Positions 20,744 to 31,531 of a DNA stretch of 64,000 nt are shown here, one piece after another (the first letter of the stretch is position 1; each line of letters starts with the position of its first letter). Below the pieces are notes generated by a model. It had not been told where the DNA came from and ran no database searches. It saw nothing but the letters and a program-made list of their open reading frames with translations. A program made the translations under genes and the position numbers. This stretch comes from Alphaproteobacteria bacterium (lineage in GTDB: Bacteria > Pseudomonadota > Alphaproteobacteria > SP197): contig CBDAUG010000001.1 in NCBI GenBank assembly GCA_965200495.1, positions 419,423-483,422 of the forward strand, read 5' to 3'.

Positions 20744-22204
20744 ATGACCATCCTCATCACTAGGCGCAGCGATCTCACTCTGGAGAACGCCCGCCGCGTT
20801 GTCCAGGACCGGGAAGACGTCGCGCTCGGCGCCGAGGCCCTGGCCGCCATGGAGGCGGGCCGGGAAAGACTGATGCGCATCCTCGAGCATGACCCGGACG
20901 TCACCATCTACGGGGTCACGACCGGCGCCGGCCAGATGGCGAAACATACGATCCGACCGGAGGATCGCCGCAGCCACGCCCGCATGGCGCCGACCGGCGC
21001 CGCCGCCTCGTGGGGCGACCCCCTGCCCGACCGGGTGGTGCGTCTCATCATCCTGGCGCGCCTGAGCAACTTCATCGAGGGTCATGCTGCCGTCTCGCCG
21101 GAGATTGCCCAGGGGGTCGCGGCCATGCTTGGCGAGGAAGACATGCCCGTGGTCCCGGCCCGCGGCCAGGGAGGCGCCGGCGAAATTCTTTCGCTCAGCC
21201 ATCTCTTCGCTCCGCTCGTCGAAGCGGTCGGGGCCGATGTCAAGGATGTCATGTGCCTGGTCAACGGTTCGCCGGCGGCAACCGGGCTCGTCACCGATGC
21301 GGCCCTGACGGGTGAAGCCCGTCTCGATCTCGCCACCCGCATCTTCGCCCTCTCGTTCGAAGCGTTCAACGCACCGCTGGGCCACCTCGCCGGGGCTCTC
21401 GAGGATTACTGGAACAATGCCTGCGACGCCTGGGCCCTGAAGACCATGCGCACACTCATCGATGGCGGCCATGGCGGCGACCGCCGGCCCTACCAGGCGC
21501 CGGTGAGCTACCGCATCGCGCCGCGCATGCTCGGCCAGGCCAGGCGCGCCGTTGACCTGGTGCGTGACGTGGCCGGTGAATCACTCCAGGCCGTCACCGA
21601 CAATCCGGTGTGGATCGATGAACGCGACGACGACAATCCCTTCGGACAGTTCGTGTCGACCGGCGGATATCACAATCCCCACGCGGTTCTTGCCATGGAT
21701 GCCCTGACCGCGGCCACGGCCAATCTCTGTGTCCTGGCCGAACGCCACGGCGCCAAACTGCTTGACGGCCGCGTCTCCCTGCTACCCGACCAGCTGATCG
21801 GTCCCGACCAGGAGGGTCAGGAGGGTGGCGTCCGCCGGGGGTACATGGGATGCCTGCCCATGGCCCAGACCGGATACGAGGAGGAGGCGCGGTATCACGC
21901 CCAGGCCACGGTGCTTCCGGGCAGTGAATCGGGAGGCTTCGGACAGAATGACGTCGCGAGCCCGGTGTTCCTCGCCTGGACCAAGCTGCAGCGCGCCAGC
22001 GAATGCCTCGATCTCGCTCTCGCCAGTCTCGCACCCATCGCCGTACGGGCCCTGGATGTCACCGGCCGGCCGATCCCCGCACCTCTGGCCGGACTCGCCG
22101 AGATCGTGCGCAACGTGTTTCCGAACCTGGAGGAACGGCGCGCCTTCGGACCCCTGGTGGCCGATATCGCGGCGGCGTTCCGCGCGACCATTCACCCTTC
22201 CTGA
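20744..22204 (+). CDS. HAL/PAL-family lyase homologue lacking the Ala-Ser-Gly MIO triad
   Basis: IYGVTTGAG, LARLSNF, QAPVSYR, VTDNP, STGGYH, QNDV; the MIO position reads GQGGAGEIL. Confidence 0.8.
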   Translation: MTILITRRSDLTLENARRVVQDREDVALGAEALAAMEAGRERLMRILEHDPDVTIYGVTTGAGQMAKHTIRPEDRRSHARMAPTGAAASWGDPLPDRVVRLIILARLSNFIEGHAAVSPEIAQGVAAMLGEEDMPVVPARGQGGAGEILSLSHLFAPLVEAVGADVKDVMCLVNGSPAATGLVTDAALTGEARLDLATRIFALSFEAFNAPLGHLAGALEDYWNNACDAWALKTMRTLIDGGHGGDRRPYQAPVSYRIAPRMLGQARRAVDLVRDVAGESLQAVTDNPVWIDERDDDNPFGQFVSTGGYHNPHAVLAMDALTAATANLCVLAERHGAKLLDGRVSLLPDQLIGPDQEGQEGGVRRGYMGCLPMAQTGYEEEARYHAQATVLPGSESGGFGQNDVASPVFLAWTKLQRASECLDLALASLAPIAVRALDVTGRPIPAPLAGLAEIVRNVFPNLEERRAFGPLVADIAAAFRATIHPS

Positions 22205-22297
22205 TCAAGCGGGGCATCCGACCCGAATGGGACCGACGGCCTTGAAGTGCGGGAATCGTGGCCTACATCAGGCCAAGGCTAGAGCGAGGCATCCAAC

Positions 22298-24190
22298 ATG
22301 GCCGACACGCAGACCGGCGACCATCACGAGTTTCAGGCCGAGGTCAACCGCGTCCTCGATATCGTCGTCAATTCTCTCTACTCGAAGCGCGAGGTGTTCC
22401 TGCGAGAGCTGATCTCCAATGCATCGGACGCCTGCGACAGACTGCGCTACGAATCCCAGCTTGACGACTCGCTGATGCGCGACGACACCGATCTCGCGAT
22501 CACCGTTTCGCTCGACGAAAAGAAGGCGCGGATGACCGTGACCGACAACGGCATCGGCATGACCCGCGACGAACTGGTCGCCAACCTCGGCACCATCGCC
22601 GGTTCGGGTACCGCGAAGTTCGCCCGACAGCTGGCCGACGCCGAGAAGGAAAAGGCGAAGAAGGAACGCTCCGACATCAGCATGATCGGCCAGTTCGGCG
22701 TCGGCTTCTATGCCGTCTTCATGGTCGCGGGATCGGTGACCGTCACCTCCAGGAAGGCCGGATCCGGGGAAGCCTGGACCTGGACATCGGACGGCCGAGG
22801 CGGTTTCGACGTGGCGCCGGCGCCGGCCGACACGCGGCGCGGCACCGCCATCACCCTGGAGCTGAAGAAGGACTCGAAGGAGTTTGCCGACAGGCATCGC
22901 CTGGAGACCATCATCACGACCTATTCCGGGCATGTCGGGCTGCCGGTGTGGCTCGCTTGCGACGGCGAATCGCGCCAGGTCAACGAGGCCGCAGCCTTGT
23001 GGACCCGGCCCAGGTCCGACATTGGCGAGGACGAATACACCGAGTTCTACCGTCATGTCAGTCATGGCTTCGACGAGCCCTGGCTGACCCTCCACAACCG
23101 GGCCGAGGGCGTCATCGCCTACACGAACCTGCTCTTCATTCCCTCCTCGGCGCCCTACGACCTCTTCGATCCCAAGCGCCAGCACGGCGTCAAGCTCTAT
23201 GTCCGCAAGGTCTTCATCACCGACGAGTGCGAGGGTCTGATTCCGGCATGGCTGCGATTTCTGCGCGGCATCGTTGATTCCGAGGATCTGCCTCTCAACG
23301 TCAGCCGCGAGGTTCTGCAGAACAACCCTGTGGTCGAGAGAATCTCGAAGGCGATCGTCAAGCGTGTGCTGTCCGAACTCTCCAGGAAGGCGCAGAAGGA
23401 TGCCGGGTCCTATCACGCTTTCTGGGAGACATTCGGCGCCGTGCTCAAGGAGGGTGTCTATGAGGATCAGCAGCGTCGCGACACCCTCATGCCCCTGCTG
23501 CGCTTCCGCTCGACGACGCGCGACGGCTGGGTCAGCCTCGACGAGTACATCGCCGCGATGAAGGAAGGCCAGGACTCCATCTACCTGCTGATCGGAGAAA
23601 AGCTTGAGGCCATGCGGTCCAATCCCATGCTCGAGGCCTTCCGGGCGAAGCAGGTCGAGGTGCTCCTGCTCGATCATCCGGTGGACGAGTTCTGGACCAT
23701 GTCGGTCGACAGGTATGAGGACAAGACGCTCGTCAATGTCGCCCGCGGCGATATCGATCTCGATGCCATCGCCGGCGACGACGCCGGCGCCGGGGAGGAG
23801 GAGACCGGCGACATCACGCCACTCATTGCCATGATCAAGCTCGCTCTGGAGAACAGGGTCACGGACGTGCGCGAATCGAAGCGCCTCACCGATTCCGCCT
23901 GCTGCCTGGTGGTGGACGAGGGCGAAATGAGCATGCGTCTGCAGAAGATCCTGCAGTCCAGCGGCCACGACGCCATGTCCGCGAAACGCATTCTCGAGAT
24001 CAACGCGGGTCATCCCCTGATCCGCTCGCTCGTCGAGCGGACGCGAAGCGCCGGCGCGAGCCACCAGATCGAGGATATGGCTCATCTGCTTCTCGACCAG
24101 GCGCTGATCCAGGAGGGTGAACTGCCGCAGGATCCTGCCCGCTTCGCCCGGCGGATGAGCGACACGATGGCGAGAGCGGTCACGTCCTGA
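22298..24190 (+). CDS. htpG: Chaperone HtpG (Hsp90)
   Basis: FLRELISNASDA, IGQFGVGFY, DSEDLPLNVSRE. Confidence 0.98.
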   Translation: MADTQTGDHHEFQAEVNRVLDIVVNSLYSKREVFLRELISNASDACDRLRYESQLDDSLMRDDTDLAITVSLDEKKARMTVTDNGIGMTRDELVANLGTIAGSGTAKFARQLADAEKEKAKKERSDISMIGQFGVGFYAVFMVAGSVTVTSRKAGSGEAWTWTSDGRGGFDVAPAPADTRRGTAITLELKKDSKEFADRHRLETIITTYSGHVGLPVWLACDGESRQVNEAAALWTRPRSDIGEDEYTEFYRHVSHGFDEPWLTLHNRAEGVIAYTNLLFIPSSAPYDLFDPKRQHGVKLYVRKVFITDECEGLIPAWLRFLRGIVDSEDLPLNVSREVLQNNPVVERISKAIVKRVLSELSRKAQKDAGSYHAFWETFGAVLKEGVYEDQQRRDTLMPLLRFRSTTRDGWVSLDEYIAAMKEGQDSIYLLIGEKLEAMRSNPMLEAFRAKQVEVLLLDHPVDEFWTMSVDRYEDKTLVNVARGDIDLDAIAGDDAGAGEEETGDITPLIAMIKLALENRVTDVRESKRLTDSACCLVVDEGEMSMRLQKILQSSGHDAMSAKRILEINAGHPLIRSLVERTRSAGASHQIEDMAHLLLDQALIQEGELPQDPARFARRMSDTMARAVTS

Positions 24191-24420
24191 TTGTCCGTGA
24201 CATCTCCTCAAGGCCGCCGGCGGCGCCCATCAACGAACGCAACGATGCCGTTTCCGGTTCCGTGCGGGGGCATGCGTGATGCCCGGCGCTTCGCCGACGT
24301 CCTCATCAGGGTGCAGTGCGTGGAGCGTTGCAGATGGTCCGCAGTGGCTCCGCCATGCACTGTGGCCGGCTGAAAAGGGACCGCCTCGGCATGGGCGGCT
24401 GAGCGGTTCGCCGTGATCCC

Positions 24421-25938
24421 ATGACGGTGACAGGCACGGCGCCACGCTCGGTCGACCTCATCGTCGTCGGCGGTGGTATCAACGGCGCCGGAATCGCCCG
24501 CGACGCGGCGGGGCGCGGCATCAGCGTGCTGCTGTGCGAACAGGACGATCTCGCCCAGCATACCTCGTCCGCCAGCACCAAGCTGATCCATGGCGGACTG
24601 CGCTACCTCGAACACCGCGATTTCCGCCTTGTGCGGCATTCGTTGTGCGAGCGGGCGGTGCTGCTGCGCAACGCTCCGCACATTGTCTGGCCGATGCGTT
24701 TCGTCCTCCCGCACCACGCCGGCCTGCGTCCCTGGTGGATGATCAGGCTGGGCCTGTTCTGCTACGATCATCTTGGCCGCAGAGGGCCGCTGCCGCCGTG
24801 CTCGGGCATCAACCTCCTGCGGCATCCGAGCGGCCGTGCATTGCAGGACCGCTATCGCCGGGCCTTCGAGTATTCGGACTGCTGGGTGCAGGACTCCCGG
24901 CTCGTTGTGCTGAACGCCCGCGATGCCCACGCAAGGGGGGCGGAGATTCTCACCCGCACCGCGTGCGTCTCGCTGGTATCAGGCGGTTCGGGCTGGACGG
25001 CGGCTCTCGAAGACCGGGAGTCGGGTGCGCGCGTCACCGTCGAGGCGAAGGCCGTCGTCAACGCGGGCGGCCCCTGGGTCGGCCACATCAGGTCGCTTGC
25101 GGGCGGCGATGGCGCACGGCACGGCGTCAGACTGGTCAAGGGAAGCCACATCGTGGTGCCCAGGCTCTTCGACCACGCTCACCCCTATCTCTTTCAGACC
25201 GGCGACGGCCGGGTCCTCTTCGCGATCCCCTTCGAGGAGGACTACACCCTGCTCGGAACGACCGACGTGGAGTTCGAAGGGGCGCCCCGCACGACCACGA
25301 TCACGCAGGAAGAAGTCGCATACATCTGCGATGCCGCCAACGACTATTTCGCGATTCCTGTCACGCCGGGTGACGTGGTGTGGAGCTATTCCGGCATCCG
25401 GCCCCTGTTCGACGACAAGGCGCAGGATGCAAGCGCGGTGACCCGCGACTATGTGCTCCACCTTGAACGCGATCCGGCGCCGATTCTCTCGGTGTACGGC
25501 GGCAAGATCACGACATACCGCAGGCTTTCCGAACAGGTGGTTGACATGCTGGCGGGCCATCTCGGCAGGCGAGAACCGCACTGGACGCACAACGCTCCGC
25601 TTCCCGGAGGCGACATCCCGGACGCCGACATCGAGTCATTCACCAGGCAGTGTGCTGCCCGCTATCCGTGGCTACCCGAGCAACTGCTCCGCCATTGTGT
25701 CCGGCACTATGGCACGGACATCCATGCACTGCTGGCCGGCTGCAACAGTGTCGGGGATCTCGGCAAACACTTCGGAGCGGGACTCCATGCGGCAGAGGTT
25801 GCGTATCTGGTCCGGCACGAGTGGGCGCGGACCGCCGAGGACATTCTGTGGCGGCGCACCCGGAAGGGCCTTGGCGTCCCTCCAGGCGGTGTCAGGCAGC
25901 TGTGCGCCTACCTTGACGCCGCCACAGGGGGCCGGTGA
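24421..25938 (+). CDS. glpD: FAD glycerol-3-phosphate dehydrogenase
   Basis: GGGINGAG, TSSASTKLIHGGLRYLE, GGKITTYR. Confidence 0.95.
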   Translation: MTVTGTAPRSVDLIVVGGGINGAGIARDAAGRGISVLLCEQDDLAQHTSSASTKLIHGGLRYLEHRDFRLVRHSLCERAVLLRNAPHIVWPMRFVLPHHAGLRPWWMIRLGLFCYDHLGRRGPLPPCSGINLLRHPSGRALQDRYRRAFEYSDCWVQDSRLVVLNARDAHARGAEILTRTACVSLVSGGSGWTAALEDRESGARVTVEAKAVVNAGGPWVGHIRSLAGGDGARHGVRLVKGSHIVVPRLFDHAHPYLFQTGDGRVLFAIPFEEDYTLLGTTDVEFEGAPRTTTITQEEVAYICDAANDYFAIPVTPGDVVWSYSGIRPLFDDKAQDASAVTRDYVLHLERDPAPILSVYGGKITTYRRLSEQVVDMLAGHLGRREPHWTHNAPLPGGDIPDADIESFTRQCAARYPWLPEQLLRHCVRHYGTDIHALLAGCNSVGDLGKHFGAGLHAAEVAYLVRHEWARTAEDILWRRTRKGLGVPPGGVRQLCAYLDAATGGR

Positions 25939-25953
25939 TCCGGGCAGCGCCGT

Positions 25954-27018
25954 CTACAGGCGCCTGCCGGTCTCGGCATCGAAGAGGTGCAGCTTTTCCG
26001 GCGCCACGCGCAAGCGAACGGTCTCGCCAGCGGCAACGCTGGCATCACGTGGCGCCGTGGCGACGAAGTCGGCGCCGGCGATGCTCAGATGCAGGTTCAG
26101 TTCGGCGCCGGTCTTCTCGGCAAACACAAGCTCGCCCTCGACGTTGCCGTCCTCGCTCAGCGCAAGATCCGCCGGGCGCATGCCGCAGACCAGTGACTGG
26201 CCCGGGCGTGCATCGATCGCATCGGGCAGGGGCAACTCAAGGCCGCATCCGGCAAAACCCAGCGCCGTTCCGCGGGCGACCGCCTTGCCCTCGACGAAGT
26301 TCATGGTTGGAGAGCCGATGAAGTCCGCGGCGAAGCGGCTGACCGGACGGTCGTAGAGTTCCTCGGGAGTCCCGACCTGTTCGATCTCGCCGCCCTTCAT
26401 CAACACGATACGGTCAGCCATGGTCATGGCCTCGATCTGATCATGCGTGACATAGATCGTGGTCGCGCCAAGGCGGTCGTGGAGCCGGCGAATCTCGAAT
26501 CGCATCTGTGCGCGCAGTTTGGCATCGAGATTCGACAGCGGTTCGTCGAACAGAAACACCTCGGCGTTACGCACCATCGCCCGGCCCATGGCGACGCGCT
26601 GGCGCTGGCCGCCGGAGAGTTCCCTGGGATATCGTTCCAGATACTCGGAGAGATTGAGAAGCGCAGCGGCCTCTTCGACCTTGCGGCGCACGTCGCTCCG
26701 TGGAAGCTTCTTGATCTGCAGGCTGAAGGCGATGTTGTCGAACACCTTCATGGTCGGGTAGAGCGCGTAGTTCTGAAACACCATCGCGATGTTCCGGTCG
26801 CGCGGATGCACGTCGTTCATCACAGCGCCGCCGATGAGGATGTCCCCGCTCGCGATCGTCTCGAGCCCGGCGGTCATGCGCAGCAGCGTGGTCTTGCCAC
26901 ACCCGGACGCACCGAGAAGCACCGCAAACTCGCCGTCGGCGATCGTCAGCGACAGGTCGCGCATCACCTCGACCGAGCCGTAGTTCTTGGCAACGTTGCG
27001 GTATTCGACAGTGGCCAT
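25954..27018 (-). CDS. Sugar ABC ATP-binding protein (UgpC type)
   Basis: GASGCGKTT, LSGGQRQR, DEPLSNLD; start MATVEY. Confidence 0.93.
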   Translation of the reverse strand: MATVEYRNVAKNYGSVEVMRDLSLTIADGEFAVLLGASGCGKTTLLRMTAGLETIASGDILIGGAVMNDVHPRDRNIAMVFQNYALYPTMKVFDNIAFSLQIKKLPRSDVRRKVEEAAALLNLSEYLERYPRELSGGQRQRVAMGRAMVRNAEVFLFDEPLSNLDAKLRAQMRFEIRRLHDRLGATTIYVTHDQIEAMTMADRIVLMKGGEIEQVGTPEELYDRPVSRFAADFIGSPTMNFVEGKAVARGTALGFAGCGLELPLPDAIDARPGQSLVCGMRPADLALSEDGNVEGELVFAEKTGAELNLHLSIAGADFVATAPRDASVAAGETVRLRVAPEKLHLFDAETGRRL

Positions 27019-27260
27019 CGGTGTTTCTCGCCTTGCATGACCGGGCTTGACAGAGCCGTCCGGTCGATGGTTTCCGCACGCCTGCACAGGGAAGCAGGGT
27101 GCGAAGGCCGCCCGGCCGACATCCCGGAATGTCCCCCACATCCTGCATGCACGCCGGGGCCTGGACCGCATCATCACGAGACAAGACGCATGAAGGACGA
27201 TGGCGAAGGTAGTGGCAGGGATCGATGTCAGCAAGGCCCGTCTCACCCTCCGTGCGGCGG

Positions 27261-27680
27261 TCATGGCCACGGGTCGATGAGGATGCGTTCCCGTTCGTCG
27301 TCTCCGGACAGCACGTCCCGCTTCCAGTGCACGGCCTGAACGACCCGCATGGCCGGCCGGTTGGCCCAACAGAGGCGGCTGAGCGCTGCGCAACGGATTT
27401 CCTGACTGCCCGACTTCAACCTCGCATCGACCGGAACCTCGATACGCGCCGGCACCCCGGTGGTGGCGATCATGCCGTCGATGGCGGTGCGCGCCTGGTC
27501 GCGGCGGATGACCGCACGGTCATCGAGCACCCGGTCAGCCCGTTGGGAAGCGGACGATGCGGCGCAGATCATCGGTGGCAACCAATCGGCCAAGGATCCT
27601 GTCGACGGCGGCGCGATTGCCGAGGTCGGCCAGGCCGCCAGAGACCCGGACCTCATCCGGCCGACAACGTCGGGAAAGCA
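27261..27680 (-). pseudogene. DUF6088 / AbiEi-type antitoxin remnant
   Basis: LADLGNRAAVDRILGRLVATDDLRRI in one frame and AVIRRDQARTAIDG...VPARIEVPVDARLK...WANRPAMRVVQAVHW in another. Confidence 0.6.
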
Positions 27681-27795
27681 ATTGCGTGGTACTCCACAAT
27701 TGTGCATAGGCCATGGCGGCAAGAGAATCCCCCCCCCAAGCGGGTAGAGTCGCTGCTGCTTCCCGACGGGGCAAGCCACCGTGAGGAGAAATCGC

Positions 27796-28499
27796 ATGAT
27801 ATTCAGCACAGTTACCCCCCCCCTTGGCATTTGACACACCTTGGTGCCCTTGGGAGATGGGCCACATGTCTGGTGGTTGGTGTGTTGATCGGCGCCCCCG
27901 TTGCACACGCCCAGGTCACCGTGACGACAGACGGGCTGATCGGCCCGAGCGCCTGCGTGACGCGCCTGGAGAACAAGCAGCATGACGTTCTGGAAGTTCA
28001 CGCGATGACCCCCACCATGGTGACTTTCAGGACGAAGGCCTACCCCAACCTCTACTCGGCCCTGCGGGCGAGGGCGGGAGACGGCGGCGCCACCTCTTTC
28101 GGCATCGCAAGAGCCCTCTATAACGGACGGACGGGGGCGCTGCTTCAGTCTCCGGCACTCGGTTTTACGATTGATTCCAGCAACCCCGATATGGCCGTCA
28201 GACAGCCGACTCCCTTTACGGTCACACCCAAAACGCCCTACCTCGCGGAGATCTGGGTGAATTCAGGACTGGGGGACAACAACAAGCTGACCGAAATCTG
28301 CTTCATGACCGGCGGGACGTATACCATGGTCAGCCCGGGCACCAGCCAAACCACAAACGGATGTTTCTCCATCACTCCGCGCACCGTCCAGGATGTCCGC
28401 AACTGCTGGTGTGGACGCAAGACCAATATGCCGCTGTTTTCCGCCACCAGCACCCCCACACAAGCCGCCTTCCGACAAAGCATCGGATGCAGGGACTGA
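27796..28499 (+). CDS. Secreted hypothetical protein, out of frame at a C9 tract (phase-variable or pseudogene)
   Basis: GAGGAG RBS and ATG at 27796; C10 or C7 would give MIFSTVTPP(P)WHLT...LVVGVLIGAPVAHA|QVTV; several Cys near the C-terminus. Confidence 0.6.
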
Positions 28500-28501
28500 A
28501 G

Positions 28502-28561
28502 CGGGCTTTCAGCCGGACATGGTTGACGCCGTTGACTTCAGCATGTCCGGCTGAAAGCCCG
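28502..28561. terminator. 20-bp perfect inverted repeat (terminator or REP-like hairpin)
   Basis: CGGGCTTTCAGCCGGACATG ... CATGTCCGGCTGAAAGCCCG, starting 2 bp after the stop codon. Confidence 0.65.
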
Positions 28562-28599
28562 TCAGCGGGATCCTTGCGGCTGCGACGGGAGCGCGAAAG

Positions 28600-28840
28600 C
28601 GACAGCACGAACGAGACCAAGGAGCGCACGGTACCGCACGACGAATCAATAAATCCAAGGGAAGCGTGATCGGGGGGTCGTAGCGCCTGATAGGACCGAT
28701 GAAGGCGGGGAACCGTGTCCTTTCGGGACCCGCTGGAGGAAAGCGGGGCGTCGCATGGACAGAACCGAAGGAGGGGCACACGTCAAGACACCGCGCTTCG
28801 ACAGCGTGTCAACGAAACAACCTCGGATAGCCGAAAAGGA
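28600..28840 (+). mobile_element. Truncated group II intron fragment (domains II-IV and RT start)
   Basis: GGTCGTAGCGCCTGATAGGACCGATGAAGGCGGGGAAC...GGGACCCGCTGGAGGAAAGCGGGGCG, then GTG-STKQPRIAEK at 28806. Confidence 0.6.
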
Positions 28841-29159
28841 TTCTGAGCGAAGCTGTCCTGTAAGGAACCGAGTGCGTCAATTGCGCACGCTCGGGGCTGT
28901 GGGGAACGGTAACGCCCCCGCACCCGGCACCAGAAAGCACTGGAGTCCGGGTTCGGTGGCGATAACAAAGAGAAGGACATTCAGACAACTCCGGGACTTC
29001 GTGCGACCGACACCACTCACAGGCAGGAAATGCATGCCTTTGTCTATTCGGGAGTCAGAAACCGCCAACACGCCACCCTGGCAAAATGCTTGGCCTGTGC
29101 CCTGGTGAGCTTCCCCCACGCATTGCAGTGGGCAGCATCCTGCGGGGTTAGATTCAACC

Positions 29160-31531
29160 CTTTCATCGGTCCACTGTTGACTCGGGGGATTGAACGCCGT
29201 ACAAGTCCGGCATGCAAGTTGGACTGCGCCAGTTTGATGCCGCGACGCTGGACTGGCTGCGTGGTGCGGCCACGCAGCCGGGAACGACGCGCAGCGGTCT
29301 GGCTCGGGGCCTGTGTGAGCGTGCGGACTGGCGCAACGCTTCCGGCGCTCCTTGTGAGGCGTCGGCCCGCAAGCTTCTGCCACGCCTTGCCGGGCGTCTG
29401 GGGATCACCCTGCCGGCGCCCGGACGCACGATCCCTGCGGGCAAGGCCGGTGTGCCGCCACCGGTTCTGGACCGGGAGATCCGCTGCACCCTGGCGGACC
29501 TTGGCGCCCTGCGTCTGGTGCCTGTCGAGGACACGGCGTCGCGGCGTTCCTGGGAGGCGATGATCGACGCATGGCACCCGCTGGGCTGGTCGCGTGCGCC
29601 GGGCCGGCAGGTGCGCTACTGGATCGAGTCGGACCGCGGGCTTCTCGGCGGCATCAACTTCGCCTCGGCCTCCTGGCATCAGAAGGCGCGTGATCGCTGG
29701 ATCGGCTGGTGCGACGACGCGCGGACGGCGCATCTCGACGCCATCGTCTGCAACCATCGCTTCCTTCTGGGTCCATGGGTCCATGTCGCGCACCTGGCGT
29801 CCCATGTCCTGGCCGCCGCCACGGCGCGCCTCGCCGATGACTGGCAAGCGGCCGGCGGACGGCGCCCGCTTCTTGTCTATACCTACGTCGCGCCCGAGCA
29901 TGCCGGCAGTTGCTATGCGGGTGCAGGATGGCAGCGTTGCGATGAGCCGACCAGCGGCATGCCGCCCGGACAGACGCAGCGCGGGCCTTTGCGTGCGGTG
30001 TGGATGAAGCCGCTGGCGGCGGACTGGAAGCCGCGGCTGTGCGCTGTGCCGGAACGCTCGATCACGAAGCCGGTTGCCGTGTCTCTTGACGAGAACGCGG
30101 ACTGGGCCGATCACGAATACGGGCGCCTGAGCCATACCGACGGTCGTCTGCGCGCACGCATCAAGCGGATGGGACGGGCATGGCTGACACATCTGGGGGC
30201 ACCGTTGCCGGCGATCTTTCCGGACCGGGCCGAGCGCAAGGCGGCTTACCGCGTGCTGTCGAATGAGCGGGTGACGATGGATCACATTCTGGAAGGTCAC
30301 CAGGCGGCGACCGTCGAACGCTGTGCCCGGGAACGGGTTGTGCTCGCCATTCAGGACACCACGACGGTGAACGATGACGGTTTGCAGGCCACCGAAGGCC
30401 GGGTTGCCATCGGTGGCCGTGGCACCGGCGCTGAAGGTCTGCTGGCGCATGTCGGTCTGGCGGTGACCCCGCAGGGCAGGACCCTGGGGGTCTACACGCT
30501 CGACGCCGACTTCCGCCACGACGCCGCCGGCAAGGAAAGCCGGCGCTGGCTCGATGGTCTGGAGAAGGCCCGGCAACTCAAGGAAGCGTGTGCCGGCACG
30601 CGGGTGGTCACGGTCTGTGACCGCGAGGCCGACATGTGGGAGATGTTCCAGAGAGCGTCGCGTGAGGGAGACGCTCTTGTGATCCGCGCCAGCCGGGCCC
30701 GCCAACGCAAGGTGATCACCGACGATGGCGCCTGTGAGGACCTGTGGGCCCATGTCGCCCGGCAGCCCGCATGCGCCACGCGGCATCTCGTCATCGAGGC
30801 CTGCGGCGGGCCGCGCCGCCGCAAGCAACGCGAGACCGATCTCGCACTGAGGGCCTGCAGGGTGCGGCTCGCGCCGCCGAAGGACGCCGCAGATCCGACG
30901 CCGGTCGACCTCGTTGCCGTCAGCGCCACGGAGATCACGCCCGTCAATGATGCCAAGCCCCTGCACTGGCTGCTGCTCACCACCGAGGGCGCACCAGGCC
31001 CGCACCAGGCAGAGCAGACCGTCGCCTGGTACGAGGCCCGCTGGTCCATCGAGACATGGTTCTGTGTCCTCAAGAACGGCACACGGCTGACCGACCGGCA
31101 ACTCGACAGCGCCGACGACTTGAGAAAGTGCCTCGCCTTCGACGTCATCACCGCCTGCCACGTCCACGACCTGAACCACATGGCACGCACCGAACCCTCA
31201 ACTCCGGCCAGGGACATCATCGATCCGGAGATGATCACCTGCCTCTCCATCTTCCTGCGCCTGCTTGGCATCCGCCGGATCAGCCGCTCGCCGCCGGACC
31301 TTGAGCACCTGACCATCCGCACCTTCGTCATCGACCTTGCCAATGCCGCAGGGTTCGACTCCACCACACGACAGCCCCTGCCGGGAACCCGAAAACTGTG
31401 GGAAGCCTGGGTCCGCTTCCAGCCCGCATGGATCCAGTATCGGGGCATGACACAACTGGGATGGAGGCCACCATAAGAGAGGTACAATCAACCAGCGAAA
31501 TCATCCCGAGTCGTATGTGGGGTGATGAAAG
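29160..31531 (+). mobile_element. IS4-family insertion sequence, complete
   Basis: Imperfect TIRs CTTTCATCggtCCACtgttGACTCGGG / CCCGAGTCgtatGTGGggtGATGAAAG; 9-bp TSD GATTCAACC at 29151-29159 and 31532-31540. Confidence 0.92.
29212..31476 (+). CDS. IS4 (Tn5-like) transposase with an N-terminal DUF4338/DruA-like domain
   Basis: N-terminal RDRWIGW, NHRFLL, HLASHVL; C-terminal IQDTT, CDREAD, YEARWSIETWFCVLK. Confidence 0.88.
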   Translation: MQVGLRQFDAATLDWLRGAATQPGTTRSGLARGLCERADWRNASGAPCEASARKLLPRLAGRLGITLPAPGRTIPAGKAGVPPPVLDREIRCTLADLGALRLVPVEDTASRRSWEAMIDAWHPLGWSRAPGRQVRYWIESDRGLLGGINFASASWHQKARDRWIGWCDDARTAHLDAIVCNHRFLLGPWVHVAHLASHVLAAATARLADDWQAAGGRRPLLVYTYVAPEHAGSCYAGAGWQRCDEPTSGMPPGQTQRGPLRAVWMKPLAADWKPRLCAVPERSITKPVAVSLDENADWADHEYGRLSHTDGRLRARIKRMGRAWLTHLGAPLPAIFPDRAERKAAYRVLSNERVTMDHILEGHQAATVERCARERVVLAIQDTTTVNDDGLQATEGRVAIGGRGTGAEGLLAHVGLAVTPQGRTLGVYTLDADFRHDAAGKESRRWLDGLEKARQLKEACAGTRVVTVCDREADMWEMFQRASREGDALVIRASRARQRKVITDDGACEDLWAHVARQPACATRHLVIEACGGPRRRKQRETDLALRACRVRLAPPKDAADPTPVDLVAVSATEITPVNDAKPLHWLLLTTEGAPGPHQAEQTVAWYEARWSIETWFCVLKNGTRLTDRQLDSADDLRKCLAFDVITACHVHDLNHMARTEPSTPARDIIDPEMITCLSIFLRLLGIRRISRSPPDLEHLTIRTFVIDLANAAGFDSTTRQPLPGTRKLWEAWVRFQPAWIQYRGMTQLGWRPP

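Noticed and set aside
29212-30100. Druantia defence system
   Set aside because: The DruA-like domain lies inside an IS with TIRs and TSD; no DruE helicase or other dru genes.
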